Positions 18,416 through 28,041 of a stretch of DNA of 64,000 bases are shown here, in pieces. Within the stretch, counting starts at the first letter, position 1; the number at the start of each line of letters is the position of its first letter. The translations under genes were made by a program, and so were the position numbers. The stretch is from Candidatus Kaiserbacteria bacterium (GTDB taxonomy: Bacteria > Patescibacteriota > Minisyncoccia > Phycocordibacterales > UBA918): NCBI GenBank assembly GCA_019634005.1, contig JAHQWD010000002.1, forward strand, positions 128,747 through 192,746, read 5' to 3'. The notes under the pieces are model-generated. The model had not been told where the DNA came from, made no database searches, and saw only the letters and a program-made list of their open reading frames with translations.

Positions 18416-19267
18416 ATGCAGGACATACTTTCATACATTACACCGTGGGTTATGGATCACGGACTGAGCATTATCGTTATCATTGTCGCTATTTTTATTG
18501 CACAAGTCTCTCTTGATGTTGTTATTACACGGGTTATTCAAAAACTTGTCGTTGCAGATAAGTTTTCTTCTCGGGAGTCTGAACGGAAACGAGAAGAAAC
18601 GCTTTCTCGCATTCTCATTGTCACCATGCGTGTGGTGCTCTGGATTGTGGGAGTACTCATGGTGCTTCAGGAGGTGGGTATTGAGGTTGGTCCAATGATT
18701 GCAGCGGCTGGAATTATCGGACTCGCGTTTGGTTTTGGAGGGCAGTACCTCATTAAAGACCTTATTAGTGGACTCTTCATCATCTTGGAAAATCAGTACC
18801 GTATTGGAGACGCCGTTTGTCTTGGTGATACCTGCGGAACGGTAGAAGATATCACGATGCGTATGACGACCCTTCGAGATCTCGACGGTATTGTGCACCA
18901 TGTACCACATGGAGAAATTACCTTGGTATCGAATAAATCAAAGCAGTTCTCTCGCGTGAATCTTGATATTGGTGTTGCATACAATGCAGACCTTGAGAAG
19001 GTAATTGGGGTCATTAACGATGTTGGTGCAGAGTTGGCTAAGGACGAAGAGTGGGGGAAAGACATTCTCGAGGCACCACACTTCCTTCGTGTGGAGGATT
19101 TCGGAGATTCTGCTGTGGTGCTTAAGATCTTGGGAGACACAAAGCCAAGTCGACAGTTTGCGGTTATGGGAGAGCTCCGAAAGCGTATTAAAATCGCCTT
19201 TGATAAGGCGGGTATAGAGATCCCATTCCCACAACGCGTCGTGTACCACGTACAAGAAAAAGAATAG
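18416..19267 (+). CDS. Small-conductance mechanosensitive channel (MscS family)
   Basis: AGIIGLAFGFGGQYLIKDLISGLFI, GTVEDITMRMT, AGIEIPFPQR. Confidence 0.9.
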   Translation: MQDILSYITPWVMDHGLSIIVIIVAIFIAQVSLDVVITRVIQKLVVADKFSSRESERKREETLSRILIVTMRVVLWIVGVLMVLQEVGIEVGPMIAAAGIIGLAFGFGGQYLIKDLISGLFIILENQYRIGDAVCLGDTCGTVEDITMRMTTLRDLDGIVHHVPHGEITLVSNKSKQFSRVNLDIGVAYNADLEKVIGVINDVGAELAKDEEWGKDILEAPHFLRVEDFGDSAVVLKILGDTKPSRQFAVMGELRKRIKIAFDKAGIEIPFPQRVVYHVQEKE

Positions 19268-19270
19268 ACC

Positions 19271-20488
19271 ATGCTAAAGATTTTACAGCCATCATCAGTA
19301 TCGACAGGAGTACAGGGGGTCACTATCGCAACCGCAATCAGGTGGTTTGGGTGGGCGTTTGTTGACCCACTCATTCCCGTATTCCTCTTCATGTTCAGTG
19401 AGTCCTTTTTACAAACAGGGCTTCTGGCATCTATTTACAGCGTAGTCTTTCTCATTTCGGTACCGATTGTGAGTTTCATCTCTGACCACATCAGAGCAAA
19501 GTATGTGATTCTCGCAGGACTTGCTATCTATCCGCTTATCGCCCTCTCATATTATTTTGCAGGTGTATACGGCATGGCTGCATTCATCGCAATTGCACGA
19601 GCACTCAACGGTATCTCCTATGCGCTTGATGCGACTGGACGTGCGACCTACGTACGGCGGCATACAGATAAACAGCAGGTGGGTACCGCGTTTGGGTTCT
19701 TTCAGATTTTTACTGAGGGATGGCGGACGCTTGCGATGCTCTTGAGTATTGTCGTGATTAAGTACGTTGAAATACATGAACTTTTCCTCTTCATCATTCC
19801 AACGACACTCATTGCAATGTTCATTGTGTCCCGTATTGAAGATAGTCCGTGTGATTATCAGCATAAAGCGGATTGGGCGTCCTGTATTCACGGGAGCACC
19901 TACATGCGATTCATTCAGGAGGTGATGATCTGGAAAAACGCACTCAAGAAACTCGCTCTTGTCTCGTTTGTCTTCAATGCACTGACCGCCGCGATTGCAC
20001 TTTTCGTACCAATCTTTCTCTATGCAGATGGTGTGTCGCTTGAACGCATTATCATCTTCTCCATCATCGCGAACATTCCATTCTTGTTTGGGTACCACGC
20101 AGGAAAGATCGCGGATACGTACGGTACGCGCCTGCTCTCCCCGCTGTCATTTGTACTTGCGCTTCTCATGGGAGCGCTTGCATTCGTGCACACATACGAA
20201 TGGTATCTCGTTGTCGTGTTCATCTTTAATATGTGTATTTCTCTCGGACTCATCATCATTGATGCGGAGATGACACGGTGCGGAGACGATCGAAAGTATG
20301 GGGCACTCTCGGGTGCAATCCTTGAGGTTGCAGAGTTGGCATCGGTCATTAGTCCAATTGCGGTCGGTTTTTCTATCACAATGATCGGGCAGGGGAATAC
20401 ACTTTTGGGACTTGGGGTGGTGATGGTCATCGTCGCCCTTCTTGGGGTTAGAGGCCTTACATGCAAACAGCCAACCATTGTTTCTTAG
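19271..20488 (+). CDS. MFS transporter
   Basis: About 12 hydrophobic segments, motif-A-like SFISDHIRAK and GKIADTYGTR. Confidence 0.8.
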   Translation: MLKILQPSSVSTGVQGVTIATAIRWFGWAFVDPLIPVFLFMFSESFLQTGLLASIYSVVFLISVPIVSFISDHIRAKYVILAGLAIYPLIALSYYFAGVYGMAAFIAIARALNGISYALDATGRATYVRRHTDKQQVGTAFGFFQIFTEGWRTLAMLLSIVVIKYVEIHELFLFIIPTTLIAMFIVSRIEDSPCDYQHKADWASCIHGSTYMRFIQEVMIWKNALKKLALVSFVFNALTAAIALFVPIFLYADGVSLERIIIFSIIANIPFLFGYHAGKIADTYGTRLLSPLSFVLALLMGALAFVHTYEWYLVVVFIFNMCISLGLIIIDAEMTRCGDDRKYGALSGAILEVAELASVISPIAVGFSITMIGQGNTLLGLGVVMVIVALLGVRGLTCKQPTIVS

Positions 20489-20514
20489 AAGTCTGCAATG
20501 ATAGAATAAACGCA

Positions 20515-21699
20515 ATGGAAATTGAACGCATTTATGTTGGAGGATGGTTTCAAAGGACAACACTCCATCTCTCAGAACTCTACGATTTTCTCAGTGAGGC
20601 GTCATCACCCCTTGAGCTTGATACAAAGAAATTACAAGCCTTGAATGACACACTCGATATAGCATCGGTGGAAATGAAGGTAGGTAGTCTTCAGTATATT
20701 CTTGTTCAAACATCTGAAGGTATCGTCTACCGTATCTATGAGGATGGCCTCATAGTACTCAGTAGAGACCATGCAGGAGTTGAGAGACTTAAGGAGGATA
20801 TTGCTTCCCTTACACAATATTACGAAGAAAAACTCTCTCCTGCTTTCAGTTACCTTTTCAGTCTTGGAGCACCGGTGCCAAAGGAGTTGGCGAACATCAA
20901 AACAGTCTATCCATATTTTGTTGTGCTTAAGCAAGCAAAACACGAGGATATGCTTGCGCTATTGGAGTCATTTGAACAGGAGAAATATTTTGAGATCAAC
21001 CATAAAAACTACGATATATTTCGGGGGAACAAACTCTATCTTATAAATAATAAAAAAGAATCAATAGAACATATTGGTCGTTTTGTTGAAGAACAGATCT
21101 TTATTCGAGAATTCAAAGGGCAGATGCACCGATATCTCAATCTCCATCGCATTATCTGGGAGCGCATTGAGAACATTAAAGAGCGTGGTGAGGTGCACGG
21201 GAGGGACATTGGCGCACTTCGGAATAAAATTGAAGGATATGCAAAAACCATTAATTTGATTGATGCACGTATCAATCAAATGGGAGCTTACATTGGGACT
21301 CGGGCGTCCATTGTAAAATCAGATAAGGAGTTGGAGAATTTCTTGAGTGTTCTAGAGTATAAGTACGAAACGCTCGATGACACACTTGCGTATGTTAAAG
21401 AAATCTGGGCTATGACCAAGAACTATGTGGTATCAGCAGTTGATCTCTTCTCAGGTCTACAGGCTCAAGCGACCCAGAAATCTGTTGAGAATCTCACTGT
21501 CGTGACTTCTATGGGTGTTGGTGCAACACTTATCGGCCTTTTCACCACTGATCAAGTACCAGATGTAACAATCTTCGGTGTCGGGTATTTCTTTGCACTT
21601 GCGGCAATCGGATATATTGCAAGTAAATCTATCAAATGGTTCTACGCACGAAAGAAATACACTATCTCCTACACAGATTACGATAAGAACATTACGTAA
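20515..21699 (+). CDS. Hypothetical membrane protein (CorA-like architecture, two C-terminal TMs)
   Basis: Soluble N-terminus (GGWFQRTTLHL), long helix, two C-terminal TMs; lacks the GMN signature. Confidence 0.6.
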   Translation: MEIERIYVGGWFQRTTLHLSELYDFLSEASSPLELDTKKLQALNDTLDIASVEMKVGSLQYILVQTSEGIVYRIYEDGLIVLSRDHAGVERLKEDIASLTQYYEEKLSPAFSYLFSLGAPVPKELANIKTVYPYFVVLKQAKHEDMLALLESFEQEKYFEINHKNYDIFRGNKLYLINNKKESIEHIGRFVEEQIFIREFKGQMHRYLNLHRIIWERIENIKERGEVHGRDIGALRNKIEGYAKTINLIDARINQMGAYIGTRASIVKSDKELENFLSVLEYKYETLDDTLAYVKEIWAMTKNYVVSAVDLFSGLQAQATQKSVENLTVVTSMGVGATLIGLFTTDQVPDVTIFGVGYFFALAAIGYIASKSIKWFYARKKYTISYTDYDKNIT

Positions 21700-21706
21700 T
21701 CCCGCA

Positions 21707-21901
21707 CTATTTCTTGAGAAGCTCAAGAGCGGCAGAGCATATAAAAATACTTTGGAGAATGATGAAGATGGTATCTCCAATAGAAATGCTGTAGATGAGT
21801 AGTGAGATTCCTCCAATGATAAAGAGGATGTTTTGTTTTTTCTCAGTAAGCCAGAGAGCGAGAGAAATGAGAAGGAGGCCGATGATGCCAAAGGTGATCA
21901 T
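21707..21901 (-). CDS. Small 3-TM membrane protein (PQ-loop/semiSWEET-like size)
   Basis: 64 aa, three hydrophobic segments, overlaps the stop of the NUDIX gene. Confidence 0.65.
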   Translation of the reverse strand: MITFGIIGLLLISLALWLTEKKQNILFIIGGISLLIYSISIGDTIFIILQSIFICSAALELLKK

Positions 21902-22305
21902 ATGCAGTCAGTGCGGTATTTTCTATAAAAGATGGCGGTATCAGGACACAATTTGTTTTCTTCAAGGAGTGCATCCACTTCATCTTTGCTCATCCATCCG
22001 CACCATTGCCATTCAGTCTCTGCAACAGACGGCTCTTGGTTTGTTTGTATCTCAAAAGCATAGACTGGGTACGATTCGTCTCCATTCGTGTACTCAAAGT
22101 GAAAGAATTGCTTTAATTCTCCAGTAAGTCCAGTTTCTTCCTGGAGTTCCCGAGCAGCGCCTTCTTCTGGGGTTTCTCCATCTTCGATGTGTCCACCTGC
22201 ACCAAGACCATAGTAGTCAGGGAAGGTTTTTTTATCAGAACGTCGTTGGTGTACATAAAAGTCACCTGCATTGTTCCGAACGATAATCGTTGCAATCCGC
22301 TTCAT
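21898..22305 (-). CDS. NUDIX hydrolase
   Basis: Nudix box GGHIEDGETPEEGAARELQEETG. Confidence 0.9.
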   Translation of the reverse strand: MKRIATIIVRNNAGDFYVHQRRSDKKTFPDYYGLGAGGHIEDGETPEEGAARELQEETGLTGELKQFFHFEYTNGDESYPVYAFEIQTNQEPSVAETEWQWCGWMSKDEVDALLEENKLCPDTAIFYRKYRTDCI

Positions 22306-22326
22306 ATTGAGACTATATCATGTATC

Positions 22327-23190
22327 ATGGACGACATGGAAACATACAAGGACATTGTTGTTATATATCACGCGGAGTGTCGCGATGGCTTCGGCGCAGC
22401 GTATGCTGCGTGGAAGAAATTTGGTGATACTGCGTCATATATTCCCCGAAGGACACAAACTGAGGTGCCCGAAGGGCTTATAGATAAAGAGATATACATC
22501 GTCGACTACAGTTACGACAAAGAAACATTACGGAAACTTGTTGATGAGAATACGTCTGTTGTTGTGATAGATCATCATGAAAGTGCAAGAAGTGCGGTAG
22601 AGTCTTTCCCGCAGAATGTCTTTGATAATGATCACTCAGGAGCGGTACTTACATGGCAGTATTTTCATCCAGATACTCCAGTACCGGAGATGCTTCTTTA
22701 CGTTGAAGATCATGACCTCTGGCGGTTTGCACTTCCAGAACACCGAGAGTTCAACATCGCACTAGGAGAATACGAACGAACGTTCACTGTTTGGGACGAG
22801 CTTAATGAGTCTCTTAAAGAAGAGAATGCTCGCATTAATTTTATTGCCAAGGGGTCACTTCTCGCAAAGTTTGAAGACAAGTTGGTAGCGAGAATTATGG
22901 AGTATAAGGAGCGTGTACTTTTTGAAGGACACGAGGTGTGGGCGATTAATGCATCACGTACCTATAGATCAATTCTCGGGAACCAGCTTGCAGAACTTAA
23001 TGAGTCAGAAGGAGGGACTGCACTCGGTATTGTGTACTACCGATATGGTGGAAGAGTACACATTTCTCTCCGAAGTATTGGAGATGTCGATGTTGCATCG
23101 ATTGCGGGAAAATATGGCGGAGGAGGACACAAAAATGCAGCGAGTATTAAAGTAGATTCGTTTGAAGAACTACCGTTTACATTTGTATAA
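22327..23190 (+). CDS. DHH/DHHA1 phosphoesterase (nanoRNase-like)
   Basis: YHAECRDG, VDYS, IDHH, SLRS, GGGGHKNAA. Confidence 0.88.
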   Translation: MDDMETYKDIVVIYHAECRDGFGAAYAAWKKFGDTASYIPRRTQTEVPEGLIDKEIYIVDYSYDKETLRKLVDENTSVVVIDHHESARSAVESFPQNVFDNDHSGAVLTWQYFHPDTPVPEMLLYVEDHDLWRFALPEHREFNIALGEYERTFTVWDELNESLKEENARINFIAKGSLLAKFEDKLVARIMEYKERVLFEGHEVWAINASRTYRSILGNQLAELNESEGGTALGIVYYRYGGRVHISLRSIGDVDVASIAGKYGGGGHKNAASIKVDSFEELPFTFV

Positions 23191-23219
23191 CAAAACCCGC
23201 CGTATGGCGGGTTTTGTTT
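23190..23219. terminator. Bidirectional terminator
   Basis: ACAAAACCCGCC-GTAT-GGCGGGTTTTGT. Confidence 0.8.
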
Positions 23220-23295
23220 TGGTGGGCGATGAGGGACTTGAACCCCCGACCTTTTCGGTGTAAACGAACTGCTCTACCAACTGAGCTAATCGCCC
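23220..23295 (-). tRNA. tRNA-Val (anticodon TAC)
   Basis: GGGCGATTAGCTCAGTTGGTAGAGC...TTTACAC...GGTTCAAGTCC...CGCCCACCA. Confidence 0.95.
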
Positions 23296-23361
23296 GTATT
23301 CAGGTACGCACTATACTACCGCGTTTTTCAATAATTTCAATATCTAGGATATACTCACCGT

Positions 23362-23637
23362 ATGTTCAGCGAGATCCAAGCAAAGGTGTCGGGAAAGGTG
23401 CAAGGTGTTGGCTACCGAGATTTTGTGGTGGGACATGCAAAAGAATACGGTGTCTTTGGCTGGATTCGTAATAATGCAGATGGTACGGTAGAACTATTAG
23501 CACAAGGAGAGCCAGATATTTTGAAAGAATTAGTAACACACCTCAATACAGGCTCCTCTCTTGCGAAGGTTGATTCTGTGGCAGTCGACTGGAAGACACC
23601 AAAGAAACATTTTGAAGATTTTGAAGTATGGAAATAG
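23362..23637 (+). CDS. acyP: Acylphosphatase
   Basis: VSGKVQGVGYR, GWIRNNADGTVE. Confidence 0.9.
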   Translation: MFSEIQAKVSGKVQGVGYRDFVVGHAKEYGVFGWIRNNADGTVELLAQGEPDILKELVTHLNTGSSLAKVDSVAVDWKTPKKHFEDFEVWK

Positions 23638-24356
23638 ACGTACTCTTTGAGAATAACGATGTCGTAGTCATCAACAAACCAGTTGGTGTATTAGTGCACC
23701 CCGATGGACATGCAAAAGAAGACACTGTCGTGGATTGGTTCGTAGAGCAGTACCCAGATGCTAAGGAGGTGGGGGAGCCACAGACACTTACCAATGGAGA
23801 CGTGATAGATCGTCCAGGAGTGGTGCATCGGCTCGATCGAGAAACGTCTGGGGTCATGATTCTCGCAAAGACAGATGAAGCATTTACGCATCTCAAGAAG
23901 CAATTTCATGATAGAAGAACACGAAAAGAGTATCGAGCGTTTGTGTATGGTTCAATGAAAGAGCTTCACGGTACTATTGAGCGTCCCATTGGACGAAGTG
24001 TAAAAGATTTTAGACTTCGCTCTGCAGAGCGTGGTGCACGGGGAACGCTCCGTAAAGCTATTACAGATTGGGAACTTCTGACACAAAATGCAGGATACGC
24101 ATATCTTCGTGTATTGCCAAAAACAGGGCGTACGCATCAGATTCGTGTGCATTTGAAGGCGATTGGGCGACCAATTGTAGGGGATGCACTGTATGCAAAT
24201 CAGGCACAACTCGATTCACCAGATCTTGGACTGGGAAGATTGGCGCTTCATGCATATAAACTGACCATAGAGCTCCCAAATGGAGAAGAACATACATTTA
24301 CGGCGCCACTTCCACAATCTTTCGAGACGGCGAAGGAGCGTATTGCGGTGGCATAG
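23628..24356 (+). CDS. RluA/RluD family pseudouridine synthase
   Basis: VINKPVGVLVHP, HRLDRETSG, TGRTHQIRVH, LALHA. Confidence 0.92.
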   Translation: MEIDVLFENNDVVVINKPVGVLVHPDGHAKEDTVVDWFVEQYPDAKEVGEPQTLTNGDVIDRPGVVHRLDRETSGVMILAKTDEAFTHLKKQFHDRRTRKEYRAFVYGSMKELHGTIERPIGRSVKDFRLRSAERGARGTLRKAITDWELLTQNAGYAYLRVLPKTGRTHQIRVHLKAIGRPIVGDALYANQAQLDSPDLGLGRLALHAYKLTIELPNGEEHTFTAPLPQSFETAKERIAVA

Positions 24357-24402
24357 GGAGTATGGTAGAGTACGGCACGCTTAGAAGCGCTATTTTTTAA
24401 TT

Positions 24403-24984
24403 ATGAACACAGTATTAGACGCAGTACAAGTTTCACCAGTAAACATGGAGGAGCGAAAGAATCTCGGAATTCGTCCGGGAGACACTGTACGTATTCACCA
24501 GAAGATTCAGGACAAGGATAAAACACGTATCCAGGTCTTTGAAGGTGTGGTACTTGCACGGAAGCATGGCTCAGAGGCAGGAGCAACCTTCACTGTCCGT
24601 AAGGTGGTAGATGGTATTGGAGTTGAGAAAATCTTCCCACTCTACTCTCCGCTTATCGACAAAATTGAGATCGTGAAGCGATCTAAGGTTCGCCGCGCGA
24701 AACTTTACTACATCCGTGAGAAGGTGGCACGTGAGATCAAGCGACAGATGCGTCGTATGCGTCTCATGGATCTTGCAACCAAGTCTGAGGCAGAGGCAGC
24801 AGCAGAGAAGGAAGCAGAGGCTGCAGAGCTAGCTCGTAAGGCTGAGGAAGCAGAAGCAAAGAAAGCCGAGGAAGCAGCAAAGGCTGCTGAGGAGGCAAAG
24901 CAGGAAGAGACCACGGAAGAAGCTCCAGTAGAGGAGACAAAAGAAGAAGAGACTCCGAAGGAGGAAGAGAAGAAAGAGGAGTAA
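24403..24984 (+). CDS. rplS: 50S ribosomal protein L19 with long Ala/Glu/Lys C-terminal tail
   Basis: RPGDTVRIH, RIQVFEGVV, GVEKIFPLYSP, KVRRAKLYY. Confidence 0.95.
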   Translation: MNTVLDAVQVSPVNMEERKNLGIRPGDTVRIHQKIQDKDKTRIQVFEGVVLARKHGSEAGATFTVRKVVDGIGVEKIFPLYSPLIDKIEIVKRSKVRRAKLYYIREKVAREIKRQMRRMRLMDLATKSEAEAAAEKEAEAAELARKAEEAEAKKAEEAAKAAEEAKQEETTEEAPVEETKEEETPKEEEKKEE

Positions 24985-25017
24985 ACAAAAAACCACCCAC
25001 GAGGTGGTTTTTTGTTT
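24984..25017 (+). terminator. Rho-independent terminator
   Basis: AAACAAAAAACCACC-CACGA-GGTGGTTTTTTGTTT. Confidence 0.8.
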
Positions 25018-25062
25018 ATAAATAGCAATCCTGATTTGGTATGGAGTGATATACTGTCGGGA

Positions 25063-25731
25063 GTGGGTAAGCGTGGACCAAAACCTAAAAACAATATAGA
25101 TACAACGTGGCGACCAGAGTTGGCATATGTTGTTGGCCTTTTGGCTGCGGACGGATGCATGTCTCCCGCAGGGCATCTTATAGACTTAACATCTAAGGAC
25201 AGGGAACAGTTAGAGAATTTTTCAAAGTGCGTTGGTATTACAAATAAGATAGGTCGTAAGCGGTCAGGGTATAACGATGGGGGAGTATATTTACGCGTCC
25301 AGTTTAAAAGTGTTCGATTCTATGAGTTTTTGGGATCCGTGGGTTTAACCCCAAATAAATCTCATACAATTGGTTCGCTCGCTATTCCCGATGAATACTT
25401 TTGGGATTTTCTACGTGGTCTCTATGATGGAGATGGTTCATCAAACGCATATTGGGATCCAAGGTGGAAGTCTAGTTATATGTTTTATACGAATTTTGTA
25501 TCAGCAAGCCCTAATTTTATAGTCTGGCTTCGGGAAGAGATTGAAAAGAGGATTAGTATGTCTGGATCCATGACAGGACCAAGCACGTGCAGAGTTATTC
25601 AGTTGAAATATGCAAAAGATGCTTCACGTGAAATTTTAAGGGGCATGTACTACGCAGAGAACGTTACTTGTTTGTCCAGAAAGAAGTTGAAAGTAGAGAA
25701 AATTCTTGCTACAGTTGGCGAGCGTCTTTGA
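25063..25731 (+). CDS. Free-standing LAGLIDADG homing-type endonuclease
   Basis: Two LAGLIDADG helices, LAYVVGLLAADG and FLRGLYDGDGS; probable GTG start just after TATACT. Confidence 0.85.
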   Translation: MGKRGPKPKNNIDTTWRPELAYVVGLLAADGCMSPAGHLIDLTSKDREQLENFSKCVGITNKIGRKRSGYNDGGVYLRVQFKSVRFYEFLGSVGLTPNKSHTIGSLAIPDEYFWDFLRGLYDGDGSSNAYWDPRWKSSYMFYTNFVSASPNFIVWLREEIEKRISMSGSMTGPSTCRVIQLKYAKDASREILRGMYYAENVTCLSRKKLKVEKILATVGERL

Positions 25732-25737
25732 CGAAAT

Positions 25738-25820
25738 GCCCAGGTGGCGGAACTTGGTATACGCGTACGCTTGAGGGGCGTATGAGGCAACTCATGCAGG
25801 TTCGATTCCTGTCCTGGGCA
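25738..25820 (+). tRNA. tRNA-Leu (anticodon GAG)
   Basis: GCCCAGG/CCTGGGC acceptor, TACGC-TTGAGGG-GCGTA, variable arm, GGTTCGATTCC. Confidence 0.93.
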
Positions 25821-25893
25821 CAGAAAAGCACTCGAAAGAGTGTTTTTTACGTCTCGACTTTTCTTTATAAAAAAGATAGTATGTCGGGCACAT

Positions 25894-25967
25894 GGCGGCT
25901 ATCGTATAACGGTTTATTACTCCGGTTTGTGGTACCGGCAATTCGGGTTCGATTCCCGATAGCCGCC
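25894..25967 (+). tRNA. tRNA-His (anticodon GTG)
   Basis: G-1 and C73 present; CCGGT-TTGTGGT-ACCGG; GGTTCGATTCC. Confidence 0.93.
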
Positions 25968-25977
25968 CAGCGACATA

Positions 25978-26011
25978 GAAAAAACCTCTTCCCTCGTGGA
26001 AGAGGTTTTTT
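25978..26011. terminator. Bidirectional terminator
   Basis: AAAAAACCTCTTCC-CTCGT-GGAAGAGGTTTTTT. Confidence 0.8.
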
Positions 26012-26027
26012 CATATCAGAACAAGAT

Positions 26028-26354
26028 TTACATCTTTGTCATCTCCACCACTTCAATATACGCACCTGGTACATTCAAATGTGGGCAATCTGTGAAGATA
26101 GCACACGCAGCTTCGTGATCTTCAGCCTGAACGATGGAGTATCCTCCAACTTCATTGCGAACATCCGACACCTCGCCTTTTGTTACTCGTTTGTTACTAC
26201 CGACCGGATTACCAAGATCAACAAAACTATCCTTATGCGCCTCCATCCAAGGAGTCCATGCTTGCTTCTCACTTTGTTGGTCTGCTTCAGACATGTTTTT
26301 GAAGGCATCAAAACCTTCGGCTGGCAAATTGTATAGAGCTAGAAATTTTTTCAT
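26028..26354 (-). CDS. YCII-related protein
   Basis: Colinear 108-aa paralog of 16049-16375 (WMEAHK, GNPVGS, GGYSIVQAE). Confidence 0.75.
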   Translation of the reverse strand: MKKFLALYNLPAEGFDAFKNMSEADQQSEKQAWTPWMEAHKDSFVDLGNPVGSNKRVTKGEVSDVRNEVGGYSIVQAEDHEAACAIFTDCPHLNVPGAYIEVVEMTKM

Positions 26355-26366
26355 AGTGATTTTACA

Positions 26367-26768
26367 TTATTTATTTTTATAAAGCATGCCAAAGGCAATA
26401 CCTACAAGCGTGAAGTGCACCAAGGCAAAACTGCCTGCTACCAGAAACCACGTACTGTATGAAGTAACGGTATGTTTGGCTACTTCGGCAATAACCGAAC
26501 CGCTGGCAAAAAAGAGTCCCATCAACCACGCATAGTGCAAGGCTCCTTTCATAGTGCCATCAGCAAATGATGTTTTGGGAAACAGCCAAGCGAGAATCAC
26601 GCCCTGAATTACCATCGACAACAAGCCGAGCGCAACGACTGGCTCCTCAGAATTGGAGTAGAGCGCCAAATCGAGATACACTTGTTTGAACAAAACCATG
26701 TGCCAAATCATTGCCACCGGAAAGGTAACAACTACGTAGGCCAAGGTTCCTTTAATTAGGTTATTCAT
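26367..26768 (-). CDS. Four-TM membrane protein (DUF1761-like)
   Basis: 133 aa, four hydrophobic helices, WH motif in TM1. Confidence 0.65.
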   Translation of the reverse strand: MNNLIKGTLAYVVVTFPVAMIWHMVLFKQVYLDLALYSNSEEPVVALGLLSMVIQGVILAWLFPKTSFADGTMKGALHYAWLMGLFFASGSVIAEVAKHTVTSYSTWFLVAGSFALVHFTLVGIAFGMLYKNK

Positions 26769-26770
26769 AA

Positions 26771-27205
26771 TTATTTTGGTTTTACTGATCCGCCATCTTT
26801 ATATGCCTTGATGGCATTTTTGATAAATGCTGCTTTGTCTCGTTTTATCATCTGCACGTACGCTTTTGGCAGCACAGTATCTGCGTCGTGCTTGCCACTC
26901 CAGAGAATGATTTCGACCAAAATAGGTAATAAATCAAATCCTTTTTCAGTGAGATCGTAACGGTACTTTGAACCACGACCTTGATTGGGGGACTTGCTAA
27001 TAATCCCTTCTCGCTCAAGCAGCATGATGCGGTCAGTTAAGATATTGGTGGAAATCTGTTCGTCTGACTCGGCAAACTCGGTAAAAGTTCGCTTACCTTC
27101 AAACACCAAATCGCGCACCACTAGTAATGTCCACCTATCACCAAAGATTTCCAATGCATAATTGATTGGGCAGACTGAGCGTCTTTGTTCTGGTTTTTTA
27201 GGCAT
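26771..27205 (-). CDS. HxlR family winged-helix regulator
   Basis: CPINYALEIFGDRWTLLVVRDL, ISTNILTDR, YDLTEKG. Confidence 0.9.
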   Translation of the reverse strand: MPKKPEQRRSVCPINYALEIFGDRWTLLVVRDLVFEGKRTFTEFAESDEQISTNILTDRIMLLEREGIISKSPNQGRGSKYRYDLTEKGFDLLPILVEIILWSGKHDADTVLPKAYVQMIKRDKAAFIKNAIKAYKDGGSVKPK

Positions 27206-27221
27206 AAGCGTATGGTACGTT

Positions 27222-27246
27222 ATTTACTTGCATTTTGCAAGTAAAT
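27222..27246. promoter_or_regulatory. Inverted repeat, candidate HxlR operator between divergent genes
   Basis: ATTTACTTGCA-TTT-TGCAAGTAAAT, perfect arms. Confidence 0.7.
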
Positions 27247-27289
27247 GTATATACTAGCAAATGTTACGAAGCATAAACATGCCTAACAT

Positions 27290-27601
27290 ATGTCCAGCAA
27301 TACAAATAAAAATATAATTTCTCTAGTACAATTTATTCCTAAAAAAGGAGTGGGTGAAGAAGAGATGTTGGCTGCAGTCGATGCCGCTCAAGAAACTTTC
27401 TTTGCTTTACAGCCAGGGGTTATCGACCATAAAGTACTGCGAACAGACGGTTTGTGGTTCGATATGATTCTGTGGGACTCACTTGAAGCCAATACAGAAT
27501 CAAACAAATCATTTTCTGAACATGAAGCTGGCAAAAAACTGCATGAATTAGCTGATATCAAACAGGTAGATCGTCCAGTTGTTAAACGAGCGTATTGCTA
27601 A
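27290..27601 (+). CDS. ABM-like (dimeric alpha/beta barrel) hypothetical protein
   Basis: FFALQPGVI...WFDMILWDSLEA pattern. Confidence 0.6.
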   Translation: MSSNTNKNIISLVQFIPKKGVGEEEMLAAVDAAQETFFALQPGVIDHKVLRTDGLWFDMILWDSLEANTESNKSFSEHEAGKKLHELADIKQVDRPVVKRAYC

Positions 27602-27615
27602 ACTATACATAGAAT

Positions 27616-28041
27616 ATGTTCTCACAAAATTACACTCAAAAAATACACGTTACCGCCAATCCACCAACTTCCTTTAAAGCCGTCACGGAAAACGTCGGCG
27701 ACTGGTGGGGTGACGTCGAAGGTAAGCTAACAAAATTGGATGACGAGTTTACCGTTTCATTTGATGAAACCTATTGGACGTTCCGAGCAACTGAGTTTTC
27801 TCCTAACACTACATTGGTATGGGAGTGCGTTAAGGCGCACCATGTGCATGGTGATCTGTCAGGTATTGAGAAAGAGTGGGAAGGAACACGTGTGATTTGG
27901 AATTTTACGGAAACGAACAACGGTACTGAAATACAAATGACCCATGAAGGTCTGCAGCCTGCACTGGTGTGTTATGACGTATGCAAAGAGGGTTGGGATC
28001 ATTTCTTCCTCAAGAGTTTGAAAGAATACTTGGATGAATGA
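27616..28041 (+). CDS. SRPBCC/AHSA1 domain protein
   Basis: WW motif, EWEGTRVIW, THEGL, CYDVCKEGWDHF. Confidence 0.8.
   Translation: MFSQNYTQKIHVTANPPTSFKAVTENVGDWWGDVEGKLTKLDDEFTVSFDETYWTFRATEFSPNTTLVWECVKAHHVHGDLSGIEKEWEGTRVIWNFTETNNGTEIQMTHEGLQPALVCYDVCKEGWDHFFLKSLKEYLDE

Noticed and set aside
23214-23471. 85-aa ORF
   Set aside because: Antisense reading of tRNA-Val.
24780-24984. GAG/GCA-rich repeats
   Set aside because: Low-complexity Ala/Glu/Lys tail of L19, not a repeat element.
25063-25820. LAGLIDADG or HNH as intron- or intein-encoded
   Set aside because: The adjacent tRNAs are intact and uninterrupted, and no group I core or intein termini were recognised.
25668-26336. 222-aa plus-strand ORF
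   Set aside because: Runs across two tRNAs, a terminator and antisense to the YCII gene.
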